The notes under the pieces were generated by a model. The model had not been told where the DNA came from. It did not search any database and saw only the letters and a program-made list of their open reading frames with translations. The position numbers were made by a program, and so were the translations under genes. This document shows, piece after piece, positions 55,684 through 64,000 of a stretch of DNA of 64,000 nt. Within the stretch, counting starts at the first letter, position 1; each line of letters starts with the position of its first letter. This DNA comes from Styela clava (taxonomy: Eukaryota). The DNA is taken from the NCBI RefSeq assembly GCF_964204865.1, contig NC_135256.1, positions 19,654,001 to 19,718,000 on the forward strand, given 5' to 3'.

Positions 55684-56546
55684 GGGTCTCATGTAGTTTC
55701 GTACCTAACGTACTTCTAGTAGGCGTAGCATAACAAGTTTTTCATGTGTCAATCCTAACCCCCACCTGACCACACCATCCAAAAATTACGTCACTACAAC
55801 GTCACAGTGACGTAATAGAGCCCTTCAAACTATGCGAACTGTCATCCTAGACGAGAACCCGAAATCGAACAGACTTTTCTCTCGTTTTTTCGTCGCAACG
55901 ATCCCGATAGGAGAGAGATCGCTGACGTTAGTCAGTTCCTTATCGTCGGTGCCGATGCCATTTCGGACGATCGTACGAGTATTTGGCAAGCTCTATGACG
56001 AGATTGATATGTCGAAAAATTATTGCGATACACTCACTAGAAGTATGTTGGGTCTAGTATAGTTTAGTACCACAAGTACTTCCGGTGGGCGTAGCACTGT
56101 AGTATAACGAATTTTGCATATGCTATTCCTAACCCCCACCTGACTATGCCATCCCAAAATTACGTCACCACGACGTCACCATCACGTCATAGGGATTGCC
56201 AAAGTATAATTACGATCGCCCGAAATGACATCTGCGCTGCCGATAACGAACTTGCTAAAGCCGGCGAGCTCTCTCCTATAGTGATCGTTGTGACGAGAAA
56301 ACGAGAGAAATTGCTTGCTCGGGTTTTTTCGGGTGATCGTCTGCGCGTTTTGGACGACCATCCGCATACTTCGGTGGGTCTTATTACGCCACTGTGACGT
56401 CGAAATGACGTAATTTTTCGGTGACGTAGTCAGATGGGGGTTAGGATTGACATATGCAAAAATTGTTGAGCCAGGTCAACTAGAAGTACATGTGCTACTA
56501 AACTATACCAGACCCAGTATGTTAAGTACGAAACTACACGAGACCC
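55684..56546. mobile_element. Merlin-like MITE (family B) with a sibling element nested in its right TIR
   Basis: TIRs gggtctcatgtagtttcgtacctaac / gttaagtacgaaactacacgagaccc, with TSD aatttttc/aatttttt. Confidence 0.85.
56050..56515. mobile_element. Nested Merlin-like MITE (family B)
   Basis: TIRs gggtctagtatagtttagta / tactaaactataccagaccc, with a perfect 8-bp TSD agtatgtt (56042-49, 56516-23). Confidence 0.9.
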
Positions 56547-57151
56547 AATTTTTTTGAAAAGTAAATATTTTCTCTGTTGAATTCATATTTCCCATGATTC
56601 AATGATTTGTTGAAGATATCCTTTGTACAATCCTTCCTATGATTTGCATGGAGTTATGGAGAATTCTTCAAGTTAGCACAATACATACATAGTCTACCTT
56701 TAAAATTTAAAATTTGATGAATCCTGAAATCTGTTATGCCAGACTCAGCCAGAGAGCCAGAGAGAGAGTCAAGTTCCGCCAGGCTACTGTGGTTAATTGT
56801 CGATCACGTGATGCATAGGAGGAGAGAGAGAGCGAAAACAGCCGTCGCACAAGACCAGAATGAAAAATATATTGCAGGTGAATTAAAATGATATTGTAAT
56901 CAGGATTTATTTACAAACCAGATAATACGTAATATTTCCATCAAATAATACCGTAGTTGAAATATCTCTTTATAATCAATATTCCCTAATATTAACTTAC
57001 AACGTCGCTTCGGTGCAATTCCTACCCGTATTTTTTTTCTTCTAGTTTAATATTAAATTTTTCAATTTGGTATATCTTTACATTAACAGCCAAATCATTT
57101 TTAGCAGCCGAAAATGACTCGAAATATTCACTTTTACATAATCAAAAGTTA

Positions 57152-57211
57152 CCAATGACGTCATACTATAGCTATATTATGTTACGCTTCATGTATGTTG
57201 CCTTGGGAAAC
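57152..57211 (+). promoter_or_regulatory. Candidate proximal promoter: CCAAT/CRE (ccaaTGACGTCA) and RFX X-box (GTTGCC-ttg-GGAAAC)
   Basis: A perfect CRE palindrome at 57156-63 and an X-box-like palindrome at 57197-57211, about 90-140 bp upstream of the roadblock ATG. Confidence 0.55.
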
Positions 57212-57297
57212 GAAACGAGGCGCTTCCTGCGACTTTGCGATTGAAACTGTGTGCATATTTGGTTTACTTTGTGAGTTTAGCTTTATTAAACAACACC

Positions 57298-57588
57298 ATG
57301 TCTGAAGTTGAAGAAACCGTAAAGAGAATACAAGCCCATAAAGGAGTTATCGGTATTATTGTGGTCAACCCAGAAGGAATTCCGATCCGAACAACATTGG
57401 ATAATTCAACAACTGTTCAATATTCTGGACTCATTCATACGCTCACAATGAAAGCTCGAAGTACCGTTCGGGATATTGATCCACAAAACGATCTCACTTT
57501 TCTACGTCTCAGATCAAAGAAACACGAAATTATGGTCGCTCCAGACAAAGAATATCTTCTCATTGTCATACAAAACCCAGCAGAATGA
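57298..57588 (+). CDS. DYNLRB: Dynein light chain roadblock-type (96 aa, intronless CDS)
   Basis: [45 protein letters not shown]...[42 protein letters not shown], with good Kozak caccATG. The upstream non-ATG extension in the ORF track is likely 5' UTR. Confidence 0.97.
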   Translation: MSEVEETVKRIQAHKGVIGIIVVNPEGIPIRTTLDNSTTVQYSGLIHTLTMKARSTVRDIDPQNDLTFLRLRSKKHEIMVAPDKEYLLIVIQNPAE

Positions 57589-58374
57589 TCAATTTCAGAA
57601 TTTCACACTTGTCTATTTTTTTGAAATTATTCTTTGCAGTTGTAGCATTCCCTCATTGTATTTATATCCAGTCCGTTGAAAAAACTTTCTAAACAAATAT
57701 TCTTATAGTATAATACTTTTGTCTTATCTTGGTATCAGTATCTATGATTTTTTCCCCTTTGCTCAAATGTTTAATCAGTCAAAGATACACCATTATTTAA
57801 ACATATTGAACGCTCATTTCAGCGATAAGTGGCCGATGGCACCTGAAAAATGATCTTTAAATATATAGTTATTTTGACTCCATACCTGTTTCATTATAAA
57901 GAAAAATAATGATTTGTTAAATTTCATTATTTTCTATCACATCCACAGATATAATGATTCAGGAAATAAAATTTTCTGGCAATAAACAAGTAACATGTGT
58001 AAACACTGAACTGTGAATAAATATGTTCTCTGGTCTATAGTACTCAATTGCTATCAATTTTCAAAGTTTATACAAATATTTATTGTTAGTGATATTGTTA
58101 ATGTTATGCAGATGCACAGGCATGAAAATTACAATTTTGTACTGCTATTATAGAATATCAGCAAAATTTTTTTTTAAAATTATTCAACTAACTTTAAAAT
58201 ATTACTGTTGTGTAAATTTTTGTAATTGGTGTATCACATAGCAAATGGCATCTGGTAATACAATTAAATTTTGTGAAGGTTGGTGTAAAATTTAATATTC
58301 ATTGTCACTATTTTCATTAGATGTTATAGTAGGTCTAGGTGTAAGTTAGTTTATCTTTTAGTTATTTCAATGCC

Positions 58375-62290
<3,916 letters not shown>

Positions 62291-62384
62291 GTAAAAGATT
62301 ATATTTTGTTTTATGTATTACATCTTTTCTATAAATTGTGTTATTCTGCCAAAACTACTTTTGTCTGCATGCAATGCGATATGT

Positions 62385-63655
62385 CGGTGGTTCCTAAACT
62401 GTGGGTCGCGACCCCGGATGGGGTTGCATGGAGATTTTCCAGAGTCGCCCGTCTTCTGTTAAACGAGCGCACACATTTAAAAATTGAAAAGTGAAATTTG
62501 TGTTGGTCAGGTATTAGTGAATGCAATTGAATGATGGTGTTGCGAGTGCGTCAATAATATTTCCCTGTTTATAAGTAGTTACCCTTAGTCCTTATCCTAT
62601 CTTTCCATGAATACCTGCAGGCTAAACTAATGGTTCCAACCGCTGGTACGCGAATCTGATTTTTACCAATCTGCAAGAAATTATATTGTTTTGTTATTTT
62701 GCTACCAATGTAACCGCTTTGTTATCGAATATGCAAAGCAACAGTGCTTTATTAGGCGATTGACCCTAAATTAGGTGTCTGAAAAGAATGTTATTGATTG
62801 CCTGACTAATCACACTTCGATTTCGATCCGTTGTGAAAGCACTTTGTGGGTAATATCTACACGCACATGTTTTTGTCCACATTGCCTTCGCATAAAAGTG
62901 GACAATGTTGCATTTTTGTATTGCAATATTATTATATTGAGACATCAAAATAAAGTTCTTGAACAAAAAGCAAAATTATAAACTTGTTATATTTCATACT
63001 AAATTTTGAAGCGTTTCATGCAGCCAAAAACAAAGGAACATTAAATTCGAGTAAAATGAAAGGCACTTAAAATAAGATGAGACCTCGTTTCACGTTTTTT
63101 TTTCTATTTTTATTTCATGCTCTGTTTTACTTCAGAATTAACCATGAAGTAATCTGTAATATTTTGACATTGGACTAAAAAAGTCAAGTCGATCAAGATT
63201 TCGTCAAAGAACTCAGCGTTCCATTATTATTTCGAATCTCAGATATTTTATCACACACTTTTTATTTTTTCATACGATGCCATGTATTATCAAATTTTCT
63301 GAGGGTTCCCTGTTTTTCGGCGCATCGTCGTACTTGTTCAAATAGTTTCTTATATTGGGCCAATGTCACCATTCACGTGAATGTAAAGTTAACATTCGAG
63401 TCCAAATGAACGCTTGTTGTTTGAACTGTTTTTGGTGTTTTGTGATTTTTTGTTCGAGACTCGGCTAAACAGTAACTTACTTACAACAACGTCACACCGA
63501 CGTTCCCCACGCAGTCTATATACAGGCACATTGTTCTCATTAAGATAATTAAATGAAAAATACTGATTTTTGAAATTGGTGTACTATTCTTAGTTGGGGG
63601 TCGCTTTTCAGTTCACGAAAATTGGGGTCGCCTGAAAAACGTTTGGCAACCACTG
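62385..63655. mobile_element. hAT-Charlie-type non-autonomous element in an LRP2BP intron
   Basis: cggtggttcctaaactgtgggtcgcgacccc ... ggggtcgcc...tttggcaaccactg, with a degenerate TSD cgatatgt/ctatatgg. Confidence 0.7.
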
Positions 63656-63747
63656 CTATATGGTAATCAGTGCCAATTACCAGTAGTTTCTACACACCAG
63701 CCCAAAGATAACGAGAATGAGTTTGGAAGGCATGGAATTGTCTAGGG

Positions 63748-64000
63748 CTGACATAGGCAAACTACGGCCCGCGGGCCAAATCCGGCCCGTTGGGTAATTC
63801 AATCTGGCCTGCCTGATGCTGCCACTACCAAACCAAATTGATGTTTTAGCTCAAAAATAGCTCAAGGAATTTGAGATTGCGATTAAATTTAGTTTTGGCA
63901 CGAGGCTTATTGTTTTCTACTTTTGCTTTTGAGACACTGTAAATAAAATTCTGTTCATAAAATGTAACTTTTTACATCACGCCTACATGGCCCTGGTCTA
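63748..64000 (+). mobile_element. Left part of a hAT-Charlie-type MITE; right end not identified
   Basis: ggcaaactacggcccgcgggccaaatccggccc subterminal signature. Confidence 0.6.

Noticed and set aside
62621-62659. Terminal LRP2BP exon (AKLMVPTAGTRI*)
   Set aside because: It lies within a hAT element and overlaps a MITE-end-like motif. It is shorter than the expected C-terminus, so the true last exon is probably outside the window.

Overview
AT-rich, intron-rich animal genomic DNA. An ascidian/tunicate origin is inferred from a protease with the domain order of tunicate TRAMP. The first ~17 kb and ~21-25 kb are transposon graveyards. A decayed Ty3/Gypsy LTR element (1788-8969) hosts a nearly intact pogo-type DD35D transposon and two MITEs. 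A Charlie-type hAT remnant (12036-16752) carries several nested elements. There are also many hAT, Merlin-like and Helentron-like non-autonomous elements and a tRNA-derived SINE family. I reconstructed seven host genes by hand from GT-AG junctions, and exon phases close in each: CPOX (+); a CUB-domain type I membrane protein (+); a 16-exon SRCR/LDLa/PAN trypsin-like modular protease (-); an uncharacterised basic protein with two possible last exons (-); TMBIM4 (-); an intronless dynein light chain roadblock gene (+); and LRP2BP (+, 3' end outside the window). No prokaryotic-type system (CRISPR, rRNA, phage) is present, and I found no unmistakably new biological system. The best leads are a MITE family with one body but co-varying swappable termini, a 9-bp-period palindromic foldback array, a long-inverted-repeat element with a SINE tail in both arms, a possible DYNLRB-LRP2BP operon behind an RFX/CRE promoter, and a tail-to-tail protease/CUB-receptor pair. 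All coordinates were read by eye and may be off by a few bases.
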